Positions 35,742-48,500 of a stretch of DNA of 64,000 nucleotides are shown here, piece after piece; position 1 is the stretch's first letter; each line of letters begins with the position of its first letter. The notes under the pieces are model-generated. The model was not told the origin of the DNA, made no database searches, and was given only the letters and a program-made list of their open reading frames with translations. Made by a program: the position numbers and the translations under genes. The DNA comes from the human T2T-CHM13v2.0 reference genome, Homo sapiens, in assembly GCF_009914755.1 (NCBI RefSeq), contig NC_060942.1; one strand, given 5' to 3'.

Positions 35742-38286
35742 TGATTTGCGTGTTGAACCATCCTTGTATCTCTGGGATAAATTCCACTTGGTCATTATGA
35801 ATTACCTATTTATGTATTGTTTAATTGAGTTTGCTAGGTTTTTTGCAAATTTTTGCATCAATATTCTCAAATATGGGCCCGTAGTTTGCTTTTTAAATGT
35901 GTCTTTGTCTTGTTTTGATATCAGTGTAATACTAGCCTCAAAGAATGAGTTTGGAAATGTTCTTTCCTTCTCTATTTTTCAGTCTGGTCCTACAGACATT
36001 TTTTTATTATGGCTTTAATTTTGTTACTCGTTATTGGTCTGTTCAGGTTTTGGATTTTTTCCTAGTTCACTCTTGGTAAGTTGAGTGTGTCTAAGAATTA
36101 ATTTCCTCTAGGTTTTCTAATTTGTTGGCATACAATTACTTATAGTAGCCACTAATGATCCTTTGATTTTCTGAAACTTGTAATGTCTCCTTTTTCACCT
36201 TTGATTTTATTAATTTGTATCTTCTCTGTTTTTTAGCTAGCTGTCTAAATATTTGTTAATTGTTTTACTTTTCAAAAAACCAACTTTTTGTTTCATTGAT
36301 CTTTTGCACTGTTTTCTTCATTCTATTTCTGCTCTAATTTTTATTATTTCTTTTCTTCTAATTTTGAGTTTTGTTTGGCCTTTTTATTCTAGTGAATTAA
36401 GATGTATTGTTAGGTTATTTATTTGCAGCTTTTCTGATTTTTATATAGGCACTTACAGTTATAAATTTTCCTTTTATAATAGTACCTCTTTTACCATATT
36501 CCACAGGTTTTGCTATGCTATGTTTCTATTATTGTTTGTTTCAAGAAATTTTTCCATTTTCTTTTTAACATTTTTATTGACCTACTGATCATTAAAGAGC
36601 ATACTGTTTAATGTCCAAGTGTTTGTATAGTTTCTGAAATTCATTTTTTAATTGATTTCTAGTTTGTTCCATTGTGGTCAGAGAAAATGCTTGATATTAC
36701 TTCAATTTTTTTAATGTTTTTAGACTTGTTACATAATATATGGTCTATCCTTGAAAATAACCCATGTGCAGAGAAGAACAATGTGTATTCTGCAGCTGTT
36801 GAATGAAATTTTCTGTAAATATCTATTAGGTTCATTTGTTATACAGTGCAGATTAAGTCTGATGTTTCTTTGTTGATTTTCTGTCTGGAAGGTCTATCCA
36901 ATGACTAAAGTAGGGTGTTGAAGTGTCCAGCCATTATTGTATTGATATCTCTTTCTTTAGCTCTTATAGTATTTGCTTCATTTATCTAGGTGCTTTAGTG
37001 TTGAGTGCATATATATTTCTTATTATATCCTCTTGAAGAATTGATCTCTTTATTATTATATAATGACCTTCTTAATATCTTCCTACAGTCTTTTGTTGAA
37101 ATCTATTTTTGTATGGTATAAGTAAAGCTATTTCTGCTCTTTTTTGGTTTCTATCGGCATGGAATAACTTTTTCCATCATTTTATTTTCAGTCTAAATGT
37201 ATCTTTACAGGTAGAGTATTTTTTTTGTAGGTCACAGATTATTGTCTTGCTTCTCTATCCATTCATCCACTATTTGTCTTTTGATTGGAGTATTTAGTTC
37301 ATGTACATTCAATGTTATTATTGATAAGCACTTACTCCTGCCATTTTGTTACTTGTTTTCTGATTGATTTTTGTCCTCTCATTGTTCTTTTCTTTCTTCC
37401 TGTCTTCCTTTTAGTGAAGGTGATTTATATTTTAATATTATCTAATTTATTGCTTTTTACTTTTTGTACATCTGTGGTACGCTTTTTGATTTAAAATTAC
37501 CATGAGGCTTGAATATAATATAACACATCATTTTAGACTGTGGACAATTTAACATTGATTGCATAAACAAAGAAACAAGCAAAGCAACTAATAAAAACTC
37601 TACACTTTAACTCCATTGCCATTCTTTTAAACTTTTTGTTGTTTCTCTTCCTTCCCTATTTTACTGTCTATGTCTTGGAAATATGTTGTAGTTATTTTTT
37701 ATTGGCTTATTGTTTACTCTTTCTATTTGAGATTTTTGCACACCATAATTACCATGTTATAATATTCTGTGTTTTTCCATGTGCTATTACTACTGAGTTC
37801 TGTACCTTCAGATGACTTCTTATTGCTTACTCACTTTTTTCTTTCAGGCTCAGAACTCCCTTTTGCATTTCTTGTAGGACAGGTCTGGTGTTAATGAAAT
37901 ACCTCAGTTTTTGTTTGTCGGAAAAAGTTCTTATTTCTCTGTCAAGTTTAAAGGACTTTTTGCCAGATACATTATTCTAAAGTAAAGTCTTTTTTTTTCC
38001 TTCAGCTTTTTTAATATGTCATGCCACTCTTTCAGCCTGTAAATTTTCTCCTGAAAAGTCTGCTGTCAGATGTATTGGAGTTCCATTGAATGTTATTTGT
38101 GTCTCTTCTCTTGCTGCTTTTAGAATCATATCTTTATCCTTAACCTTTGGGTGTTCAGTTAAGTGCCTTGAGGTGGTCTTCTTTGGGTTAAATCTGCTTG
38201 ATGTTCTGTAACTTTCTTGTACTTGAATGTTGATATCAAATGTTGGGGAATTGTTTTTAATATTATTTCTTTAAATAAATGTTTAA

Positions 38287-38584
<298 letters not shown>

Positions 38585-39478
38585 AATAAATGTTTAGCTC
38601 TTATCTCTTTTTCTACCACCTCTTTAAGGCCAATAACTCTTAGATTCCTATTTTGAGGCTATTTTTTAGATTCTGTAGGCATGCTTTATTTTTCATTCTT
38701 TTTTGTCTCCTCTGACTTTTTCTTTTCAAATAGTCTGACTTCAAGTTCACTAAATCTATCTTCTCCTTGATCAATTTTTTTAAGTAACTCTGATGCATTC
38801 TTCAGTATGATAATTGGATTTTAACTTCAGAATTTCTGCTTTATTCTTTTTATTTCAATCTCGTTAAATTTATCTGATAGAATTTTGAATTCCTTCTCTG
38901 CATTATATTGAATTTCTTTGAATTACCTCAACCAGCTATTTAGGATTTCCTGCATGAAAGGTCACATATCTCTATTTTTCCAGGATTTGCCCCTGGTGCC
39001 TTATTTAGCTTGTTTGGTGAGGTCATGTTTTCCTGGATGGCCTTGATACTTGTAGATGTTCATCCATATCTGGGCATTGAAGAGTTCAGTCTTTATTGTA
39101 GTCTTCACAGTCTGGGCTTCTTTGTGCCCATTATTTTTGGGAACATTTTCCAGGTGTTCAAAGAGACTTAGGTCCCAAGCCCAAAAGCACAGTAGCAAAC
39201 ATGTAGAGGTACTGCTGTGGTGGCCTTGGATTAACATTAAGAAAAATTCTCTTGATTTATCAAGTAGAGATTCTAGTTCTCTTCCCTTTCTTTCTCTGAA
39301 ACCAGCAGTCTCTCTTTCTGTGCTAAGCCATGTGGAGCTGGAGTTGGGGTAATATAAGCATCCCTGAGGCCATCACCACTGAGACTGCGCTGGTTCACAC
39401 TTGAAGTAGGCATAGAACTTGGTCTCACCCAAGGCCCACTGTAACGACAACTTGGCTACCATATAACTTTATTAAAAG

Positions 39479-40134
39479 CCCTAGCCCTAGCCCTAACCCT
39501 AACCCCAAACCCTAACCCTAGCCCTAGCCTTAGCCCTAACCCTAACCCTAACCCCTAACCCTAACCCTAACCCTAACCCTAACCCTAACCCTAACCCTAA
39601 CCCAACCCCAACCCTAACCCCTAACCCTAACCCTAACCCTAACCCTAACCCTAACCCTAACCCTACCCTAACCCCAACCCCAACCCCAACCCCAACCCTA
39701 ACCCAACCCTAACCCCAACCCCAACCCCAACCCCAACCCCAACCCCAACCCCAACCCCAACCCAAACCCTAAACCCTAAACCCTAAACCTAACCCTAACC
39801 CTAACCCTAACCCTAACCCCTAACCCTAACCCCTAACCCCTAACCCCTAACCCCTAACCCCTAACCCTAACCCTAACCCCTAACCCTAACCCTAACCCTA
39901 ACCCAACCCTAACCCTAACCCTAACCCTAACCCTAACCCCTAACCCTAACCCTAACCCCTAACCCTAACCCTAACCCTAACCCTAACCCTACCCCTACCC
40001 CAACCCCAACCCCAACCCCAACCCCAACCCTAACCCAACCCTAACCCTAACCCTAACCCTAACCCTAACCCCTAACCCCTAACCCTAACCCCTAACCCTA
40101 ACCCTAACCCTAACCCTAACCCTAACCCTTCTAA
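39479..40134 (-). repeat. Interstitial telomeric tract (TTAGGG)n, ~650 bp, G-strand on minus, with variant repeats
   Basis: (CCCTAA)n with CCCTAG at the left edge, CCCCAA blocks (~39670-39760, ~39997-40027), CCCTAAA and CCCCTAA units. One orientation throughout. Confidence 0.99.
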
Positions 40135-40428
40135 CTGGACTCTGACCCTGATTGTTGAGGGCTGCAAAGAGGAAGACTTTTATTTACCGTCGCTGTGGCC
40201 CCGAGTTGTCCCAAAGCGAGGTAATGCCCGCAAGGTCTGTGCTGATCAGGACGCAGCTCTGCCTTCGGGGTGCCCCTGGACTGCCCGCCCGCCCGGGTCT
40301 GTGCTGAGGAGAACGCTGCTCCGCCTCCGCGGTACTCCGGACATCTGTGCAGAGAAGAACGCAGCTGCGCCCTCGCCATGCTCTGCGAGTCTCTGCTGAT
40401 GAGAACACAGCTTCACTTTCGCAAAGGC
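40135..40428. repeat. TAR1 telomere-associated repeat (short form)
   Basis: TCTGTGCTGAGGAGAACGCTGCTCCGCC and TCTGTGCAGAGAAGAACGCAGCT motifs abut the telomeric tract, as in TAR1 61-bp-type units. Confidence 0.88.
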
Positions 40429-40892
40429 GCAGCGCCGGCGCAGGCGCGGAGGGGCGCGCAGCGCCGGCGCAGGCGCGGAGGGGCGCGCAGCGCCGGCGCA
40501 GGCGCGGAGGGGCGCGCAGCGCCGGCGCAGGCGCGGAGGGGCGCGCAGCGCCGGCGCAGGCGCGGAGGGGCGCGCAGCGCCGGCGCAGGCGCGGAGGGGC
40601 GCGCAGCGCCGGCGCAGGCGCGGAGGGGCGCGCAGCGCCGGCGCAGGCGCGGAGGGGCGCGCAGCGCCGGCGCAGGCGCGGAGGGGCGCGCAGCGCCGGC
40701 GCAGGCGCGGAGGGGCGCGCAGCGCCGGCGCAGGCGCGGAGGGGCGCGCAGCGCCGGCGCAGGCGCGGAGGGGCGCGCAGCGCCGGCGCAGGCGCGGAGG
40801 GGCGCGCAGCGCCGGCGCAGGCGCGGAGGGGCGCGCAGCGCCGGCGCAGGCGCGGAGGGGCGCGCAGCGCCGGCGCAGGCGCGGAGGGGCGC
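40429..40892. repeat. 29-bp CpG-rich minisatellite, 16 perfect copies (TERRA-promoter type)
   Basis: Unit GCAGCGCCGGCGCAGGCGCGGAGGGGCGC; 464 bp = 16 x 29. Each unit carries the NRF1-like GCGCAGGCGC. Confidence 0.95.
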
Positions 40893-40893
40893 G

Positions 40894-40911
40894 CCCGAAC
40901 CCGAACCCTAA
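40894..40911. repeat. Mini degenerate telomeric remnant CCCGAA-CCCGAA-CCCTAA
   Basis: Directly follows the last 29-mer and marks the switch from TAR1 to unrelated sequence. Confidence 0.7.
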
Positions 40912-41439
40912 TGCCGTCATAAGAGCCCTAGGGAGACCTTAGGGAACAAGCATTAAACTGACACTCGATTCTGTAGCCGGCTCTGCCAAGAGACATGGCG
41001 TTGCGGTGATATGAGGGCAGGGGTCATGGAAGAAAGCCTTCTGGTTTTAGACCCACAGGAAGATCTGTGACGCGCTCTTGGGTAGAGCACACGTTGCTGG
41101 GCGTGCGCTTGAAAAGAGCCTAAGAAGAGGGGGCGTCTGGAAGGAACCGCAACGCCAAGGGAGGGTGTCCAGCCTTCCCGCTTCAACACCTGGACACATT
41201 CTGGAAAGTTTCCTAAGAAAGCCAGAAAAATAATTTAAAAAAAAATCCAGAGGCCAGACGGGCTAATGGGGCTTTACTGCGACTATCTGGCTTAATCCTC
41301 CAAACAACCTTGCCATACCAGCCCATCAGTCCTCTGAGACAGGTGAAGAACCTGAGGTCGCAGGAGGACACCCAGAAGGTCCAGAGAGAGCCTCCTAGGC
41401 CCCCCACCTCCCCCCGTGGCAGCTCCAACCCCAGCTTTT

Positions 41440-42330
41440 TCACTAGTAAGGCAGTCGGGCCCCTGGGCCACGCCCACTCCCCCAAGCGGGGAAGGACCTT
41501 CGCGCTGCCGCTTGGCTGGGGACTGGGCACCGCCCTCCCGCGGCTCCTGAGCCGGCTGCCACCAGGGGGCGCGCCAGCGGTGTCCGGGAGCCTAGCGGCG
41601 CGTGTACAGCGGCCAGTGCACCTGCTCTGGCCCTCGCCGCGGTCTCTGCCAGGACCCCGACGCCCAGCCTGACCCTGCCATTCAGCGGGGCTGCGGCTCC
41701 ACGGCCTGCGACAGCAGCCCCACCTGGCATTCAGCGCGCTCCCGGGGGCAGAGGTCGCGGTGTCCTCACGCTGTGGTGCCGGCCTACAACCCCCACGCCG
41801 GGCTCGGGCCCGGCGAAGGAGGGCGATGCTCCCCGGGTAGGACAAACCGGTCACCTGGGCTGCGACGGCGGCTTAGGGGCAGAAGCGGCGGTCCAGGGCC
41901 GCCTGGCGCAGCAGCCTGTCCCAGCCGCGGTCCCTGCAGTCCCTCCCTGGCGGCTGCGCAGCCGTCCCACGACAGGGGCCATAAACTCTCCAGAGCGGAA
42001 AGCCGCACCCTGGTGGCCCGGCCCCGCGCCCAGACCTGGCGGCCGCTGGCACCTGACCCGCTGCATGGGTCTCCAGGGAGCTCGCTGCCCACCCGGCGCT
42101 GCAGGCTCGGCTCCCTCGTACACTCTCTGGTAGGTGCTAGGGACGACCCTATGGGCCAGCTTGCCATGCCCAGTCCCCAGGCCGCACCCACCCTGGCTCC
42201 CTGGGCTAGGGGACTGGCTCCTCCTGTGAGTCGTGGGTCTGGGAGGCAGGGGCGTTAGGGGAGAGTGAGGGACCGAGGGCAGCCCCTGCTGTGTGCACAG
42301 CGAGGTCGTGCACAGGCGTCTGTTGCAGAG
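41440..42330. promoter_or_regulatory. CpG island
   Basis: Very GC- and CpG-dense non-repetitive stretch. Probable promoter or first-exon region of a subtelomeric lncRNA. Confidence 0.75.
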
Positions 42331-45300
42331 CGTGCAGCTTCAGATGAGACTGGATTGCAGGTGGAGATGACTGTGGGTGCGCACACCTGGAGGTGAAGGG
42401 GAGGCAGCCTGTCTACCTGACCCATGAAATACAGGAGACTGTACCCCAGAAGCAGCGGGTTCACTGCTCCATTGATTAAGCAAGTCTGGGACACACATGT
42501 AGCTAAGCTGTGAGTTCTGTACCAGCGATCCCAACACCCACGCCCTCAGAAAGACACTGGTGTGGGGCCTGGGTGCTTGTCAGGCCTGAAAGTGGAGAGC
42601 ACGGGCCAGAGACTGAGTAGGGGGAACCCACCCTAGCGCTCTGAGGGACGACGATGTGGGGAGCTGGTGACAGAGCCTGAGCTGGCCCAATGTTGCACGG
42701 TGGGGACAGATTCGAGGTACAGTGGGGACTGGTGACCTCAGTTCCCAGTGTCCCAGCCTGGCCTCCCAGTCCACCCAACAATTAGTGGGTGCTGCCCTGC
42801 AAAGACTCTGGGGGTGCCTCAGCCCTCCTCATCACACGTGACTGGTGACTTCTGTGTCCACCCGCACAATAAGAGGGATCTTCTCTCACTTTCAGGCAAG
42901 CCCAAGAAAGTCAGGGGCCTATGTGAGCCAAAGAGGAGAGAAGGTGATGCCTCAGCCCAGTGTTTCTGCCCCACCTCGCTTGTGGCCTTCGGAACTTGAT
43001 TTGCACCGCAGGAAAATGGGCAATGAAAACCCCTCCCTAACTGGCTTCTCAGTCCACTCTGACCAGCCCACTGCACAGCGCCCACCCTGCAGCTCCAGGT
43101 ACAGAGGCTGGGATGGCTCTGGGCTGACCTAAGGGCCTTCTGATGGCTCCAACCCTCGGGATGCCTCATGCTCACCCTTTGGCACCCACCTGACAGCTCA
43201 GCATCTCTGCTCTCTGCCATCCTCAATGCCTGCTCTAGACAAGCCCAAGTCCCCCAGGAGTGGCAGAGGGAACTGAGCCGAAAACTAAGTCTCGGCTCAC
43301 TGAACCCCAAGTGGGCTGTCCAGCCTCGCCCTTCAGTTCACAACCCCAGGCAGGTTCCCTCCAGGGATGTGATCCCAGGGGCCACAGCAGCACATTCTGG
43401 CCTAACCTATCCACTATTTAAACAGTTACTGAAAAGGCCAGGATGGCCGTGGGCCCTGACATTAATCCCCTTTCTCTGTGAGGGGGCTGGGTTGGGTTTG
43501 CCATCCTGATGTCTTTGTGGAAAGAGCTGGCAGGTGAAGCAAGTCTCAGGGGCCAGCCATGGGACAAGGAACCTAGGACTGGCCTCTGCTGGAACCCTCT
43601 GAGGCCCCTGCGGACAGGAGGATCCAATGGAGGTCTAGCCACCCCTCCCAGGTTGGTGCTCACAGCCCCTCCCTGGCCCACTCCCTGCACACCTGCACCT
43701 GCTGGTCTCTGGGAGAGGAGCATCCATCCATCTTGTGCGCATAGCTTTCGGCTCCATTTTCATGAGGATGGTCTCCTTGGCAGAAATGCCCATTAGGGGA
43801 TCCTGAGCCTGTGCTAGCTCTTCTCTAAGTGCCAAAGCCAGTGAGAGGGACTTGAAAACTCAAGACTTATTAACATTATTTTCTGCATTTTGTGCTTTCA
43901 GGGTTGTTTTTTCCTTAAAATGTGTAAAAACAAACATTGAGATTTCTATCTTTTATATAATTTGGATTCTGTTATCACACGGACTTTTCCTGAAATTTAT
44001 TTTTATGTATGTATATCAAACATTGAATTTCTGTTTTCTTCTTTACTGGAATTGTTAACTGTTTTATAGGCCAAATCTTTTAAAAAAAACACATCTCTCT
44101 AATTTCTCTAAACATTTCTAATTACATATATATTTACTATACCTAATACACTACTTTGGAATTCCTTGAGGCCTAAATGCATCGGGGTGCTCTGGTTTTG
44201 TTGTTGTTATTTCTGAATGACATTTACTTTGGTGCTCTTTATTTTGCGTATTTAAAACTATTAGATCGTGTGATTATATTTGACAGGTCTTAATTGACGC
44301 GCTGTTCAGCCCTTTGAGTTCGGTTGAGTTTTGGGTTGGAGAATTTTCTTCCACAAGGGATTGTCTTGGATTTTTCTGTTTCTCCCTCAATATCCACCTG
44401 GAAAACATTTCAATTAATTTATATTTACTTAAATATTTCTGTGCAAAAACTGTGTACAAAAGCCCCAAAGCATAATTTGTGCAGTTGAGCGCATGTTCTG
44501 TTGTTCAGCATTTATGGTGGTTGGTAGTGGAAAAGATTTTTAGAATATGTGGATTTTCGGGATATTCCCAGAAGCCCAGATAGCGACACTTTACCTTTGG
44601 AGGAATTACTTCTCAGAATATTGCACACAATCAATCGCCTTTGGAAGGAGCATATATCCCCAGCAAAAGCTCTGGTTTTTTGAAGTCTGTATTGTGTGTT
44701 ACTTCCAGGAGAATATGCAATGATGACAATGTTATTAGATGATTCAAATATGAAGTGCTGTTATGCCAAACAATGAATCTTTGTGTTATACATTATGCCT
44801 AACTATAAATCTTTGTGTTATACATTTTAATGTCATTGGAGAGTACTCCTGTCTTCTTGGCATTATTGATAATTAGATTCTAATTGCTAATAAGTCAGAA
44901 AAATTAGGAACACCAAATTTCAGTTGTCTCAAAAGCACTCCTCTTATTAAATTTGGATGTTTACCTTTATCACATCAAAAGAAATATTGTTAGAAAGGTG
45001 TTTAATGTTTTGCAGATGGATAGATTACTGTTATTAGTTCTCATTTCATTGTTAATTTTTAAAACCATAAGGTTGGAAGTATCAATATGCCTTTCAATAT
45101 ACCTTAGTGGAATTTATTAAATTTTCATGGATGTCCTTTAGGGGGTTCAGGAAGTTATTTCTATTGCTAGATTTCTGGAAGATTTATCAGGAATGAGTGT
45201 CAGACATTGTCAGACGTCCATTGAAATCATCATGGTCTTTTCCTTTATTCTATTAATATGATGTATTACACTGATTGATTTTTAAATTTGTATTGGTAGG

Positions 45301-45344
45301 ATAATTCCACTTGGTTATATTGTCTAACTTTTTTCTAATTTTCT

Positions 45345-45503
45345 TTCATTTTTATTACAGATGAGGCCTCACTCTGTCACCCAGGTTGGGGTGGAGTGGC
45401 ACAGTCACAGCTCACTATAACCTCAAGCTCCTGGGCTCAAGTGATCCTGCCACCTCAGCCTCCTAAGTAGCTGGAACTACAGATGTGCACTGCCATGCCA
45501 GGC
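45345..45503 (-). mobile_element. Alu monomer (FLAM/AluJ fragment) within old antisense L1 debris
   Basis: CTCACTCTGTCACCCAGG..CTCCTGGGCTCAAGTGATCC..TGCCATGCCAGGC. Confidence 0.8.
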
Positions 45504-48500
45504 TTGTCTAACATTTTTATGTGTTGCTTCATCCAGTTTGCTAGAGTTTTTGGAGATTTCTGTCTTCATTCATGAGGGATAATAGTCTGCACTTTTATTT
45601 TCTTGTGATACTTTTGTCTGATTTGTTATCTGGGTAATACTGGCCTTGAAAATGAATTGATGTTTTCCTGCTTCTCTGCTTTGCAAGTGTTTGTGAAGGA
45701 TTGGTTATTCATTAAGTGTTTAATAGAATTCACTAGTGAAGCTATGTGAGCCAGGGCTAGACTGATGAAGAGTTTTCATTAGTCTAATCTGTTTACTTGC
45801 TGTATAAGTACGCATATATTCTCTTTCTTCTTGATTTAATTTTACACTTTGTGTATAGCAGGGAATCTGTGTCTAATTTGTAGTATTTCATGCTTCTAGG
45901 TTTTCATGGCAGTTGAGATGTAAGAATAACAATAATGTTGGGAGAAGGAAGTTGTGGACAATCCATGAATATCCCAACATCTGTTGTAGGAAGGTTAAGA
46001 TTACTTTTTTTTTTTTTGCTGTACTGAACTGAATACTCTTATTTATAATGTCAGACAAATGTAATGTTGTATATAAATAGAACTAGGAAAATGTGCCATT
46101 TGTCTTAGTATTTAATCAAGATGGAAGTCTGGGCCTACCTCCTCTCTTTTATTAATATGTAGACAGGACACCAACACAAATTAGAATGAAGACAAACAAA
46201 ATGTTAGCAAATGAAGAATGGTATCAATTGGTTAAAATGTGATGAAATAGAGTGGTGAATATTTACATAGAATCCATGATGTGTTAGGTGCTATTTCAAG
46301 CTATTTGCACATATAGTTTTAATACCAATGACGTTAAAATGTATAACACAAAGATTCATATAAATAAAAATTACAACATTGTAAATAATATTAGGTGACA
46401 CTAAAACTGTCATAGAAATACACATTTATATAAAACATAAAGTAACATGAAGTATTAAATTTTAGAAACTTTGATTACTAATCAGATGAACAACTGATTA
46501 GCCTTTTTATCCAGTAAAAAAGGCATACATATTATTTTCAAATTCCAGAGACAAATATTTTAAATATTGAAGTTGAAGACCTAAAAATGTGTCACTGACC
46601 TCATGGAAGTAGATATTCACTAGGTGATATTTTCTAGGCTCTCTGAAATTATATCAGAAAAATGTGAATTAGAATATAACCCATAAATAATATCTGGCCA
46701 CATACAAAGTAATTGAAGATCAATTTAAATGGCTATTGGATTAAGAAATAGGGACTGAGGTAAATTTGCAGTGTCAGGGAGGATCTAAGGAGGAAGCATT
46801 GACACTGGAGCCCAAGGACCTGGGATCACAGAACAGATTCTACCAGTGCTAACTTACTGCTCCACAGAAAACATCAATTCTGCTCATGCGCAGGTACAAT
46901 TCATCAAGAAAGGAATTACAACTTCAGAAATGTGTTCAAAATATATCCATACTTTGACATATTAATGAAGTAATCACATTCTACACATAACTACTCCATA
47001 TGGAATACTGGGGAGGAGGTGTTCCAAATAAAGAGACTGAGGATTTCTCATGAGAACTCAGTGTCTGCTAGAAAATATCTAAGTAAAATATTTTACTTAT
47101 GTGGAAAGTGTGGATGTTTGTGCATCAAAAGTTTCAAGAATCCCTAAAATTTACAATGGAGATGAGGAGAAAATATCAGAATTTCCCAGCACCAGAAATA
47201 AGGCAAGAAAAAATTCAGAGGGGTTGTAAATGTGAAAAGCCAATGGCTGGTCACACAGCAACATTGATAACCTTGTGCCTGGACAACTAGAATAAATACA
47301 TAAACATACACATTGAAAATATTTCCAATATTAGATCTCCCTCATGTGAGAACTAAATTATAAAGATTGAAGCATAGAAGAAAATAAGCTACCAGAATAA
47401 ATTTGATTACACATAAATTTCTGATATTGAAACTGTCACAAATGTTTAAGTTGGTAGTGGAAGACAAAGGACATATAATCTTGGGAGTCCTAAGGCCCTG
47501 CCCACTGCCAGTCCCTCCACACTACTACAGCTGATGCTTTCTGGAAATCACCACCTCCTGGCAGGAGCCCAACCAGCACAAATATAGAGCATTAAACCAC
47601 CAAAGCTAAGGAGGCTCACAGAGTCTATTGCACCCTTCACCACCTCCACTGGAACAGGCGCTGGTATCCATGGCTCAGAGACCCAAAGATGGTTCACATC
47701 ACAGGGCTCTATGCAGACAACCCCCAGTACCAGCCCAAAGCCACGTAGACCTGCTGGGTGGCTAGACCCAGAAGAGAGACAACAATCAATGCACTTTGGC
47801 TTACAGGAAGCCATGCCCATAGGAAAAAGGGGAGAGTACTACGTCAAGGGAACACCCCGTGGGATGAAAGAGTCTGAACAACAGTCTTCAGCCCTAGACC
47901 TTTCCTCTGACAGAGTCTACCAAAATGAGAAGGAACCAGAAAACCAACCCTGGTAATCTGACAAAACAAGAATCTTCAACACCCCCCAAAAAATCACACC
48001 AGTTCATCACCAATGGATCCAAACAAAGAAGAAATCACTGATTCATCTAAAAAAAAATTCAGGTTAGTTATTAAGCTAATCAGGGAGGGGCCAGAGAAAG
48101 ATGAAGCCCAATGCAAGAAAATCCAAAAAATGATACAATACGTGAAGGGAGAATTATTCAAGGAAATAGATAGCTTAAATAAAAAAATAAAAAATCAGGA
48201 AACTTTGGACGTACTTTTAGAAATGTGAAATGCTCTGGAAAGTCTCAGCAATAGAATTGAACAAGTAGAAGAAAGAAATTCAGAATTCGAAGACAAGGTC
48301 TTTGATTTAACCCAATCCAATAAAGACAAAGAAAAAAGAATAAGAAAATATGAGCAAAGTCTCCAAGGAGTCTGGCATTCTGTTAAATGATGAAACCTAA
48401 CACTAATTGGTGTACCTGAGGAAGAAGTGAATTCTAAAAGCCAGGAAAACATATTTGGGAGAATAATCTAGGAAAACTTCCATGGCCTTGTGAGAGACCT

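Noticed and set aside
39479-40134. Head-to-head telomere fusion like the 2q13 site
   Set aside because: All repeats are in one orientation; there is no TTAGGG-to-CCCTAA inversion point.
40429-40892. CRISPR-like array (29-bp repeats)
   Set aside because: Repeats are directly adjacent with no spacers, there are no cas genes, and the context is a primate subtelomere.
40246-40922. Three long Arg/Ala/Gly-rich ORFs (191-224 aa)
   Set aside because: They arise from a stop-free 29-bp GC repeat read in rotating frames; no coding evidence.
41213-43835. Many overlapping ORFs of 100-218 aa in and after the CpG island
   Set aside because: Low-complexity Pro/Arg/Gly translations on both strands with no recognisable family; typical of stop-poor GC-rich DNA.
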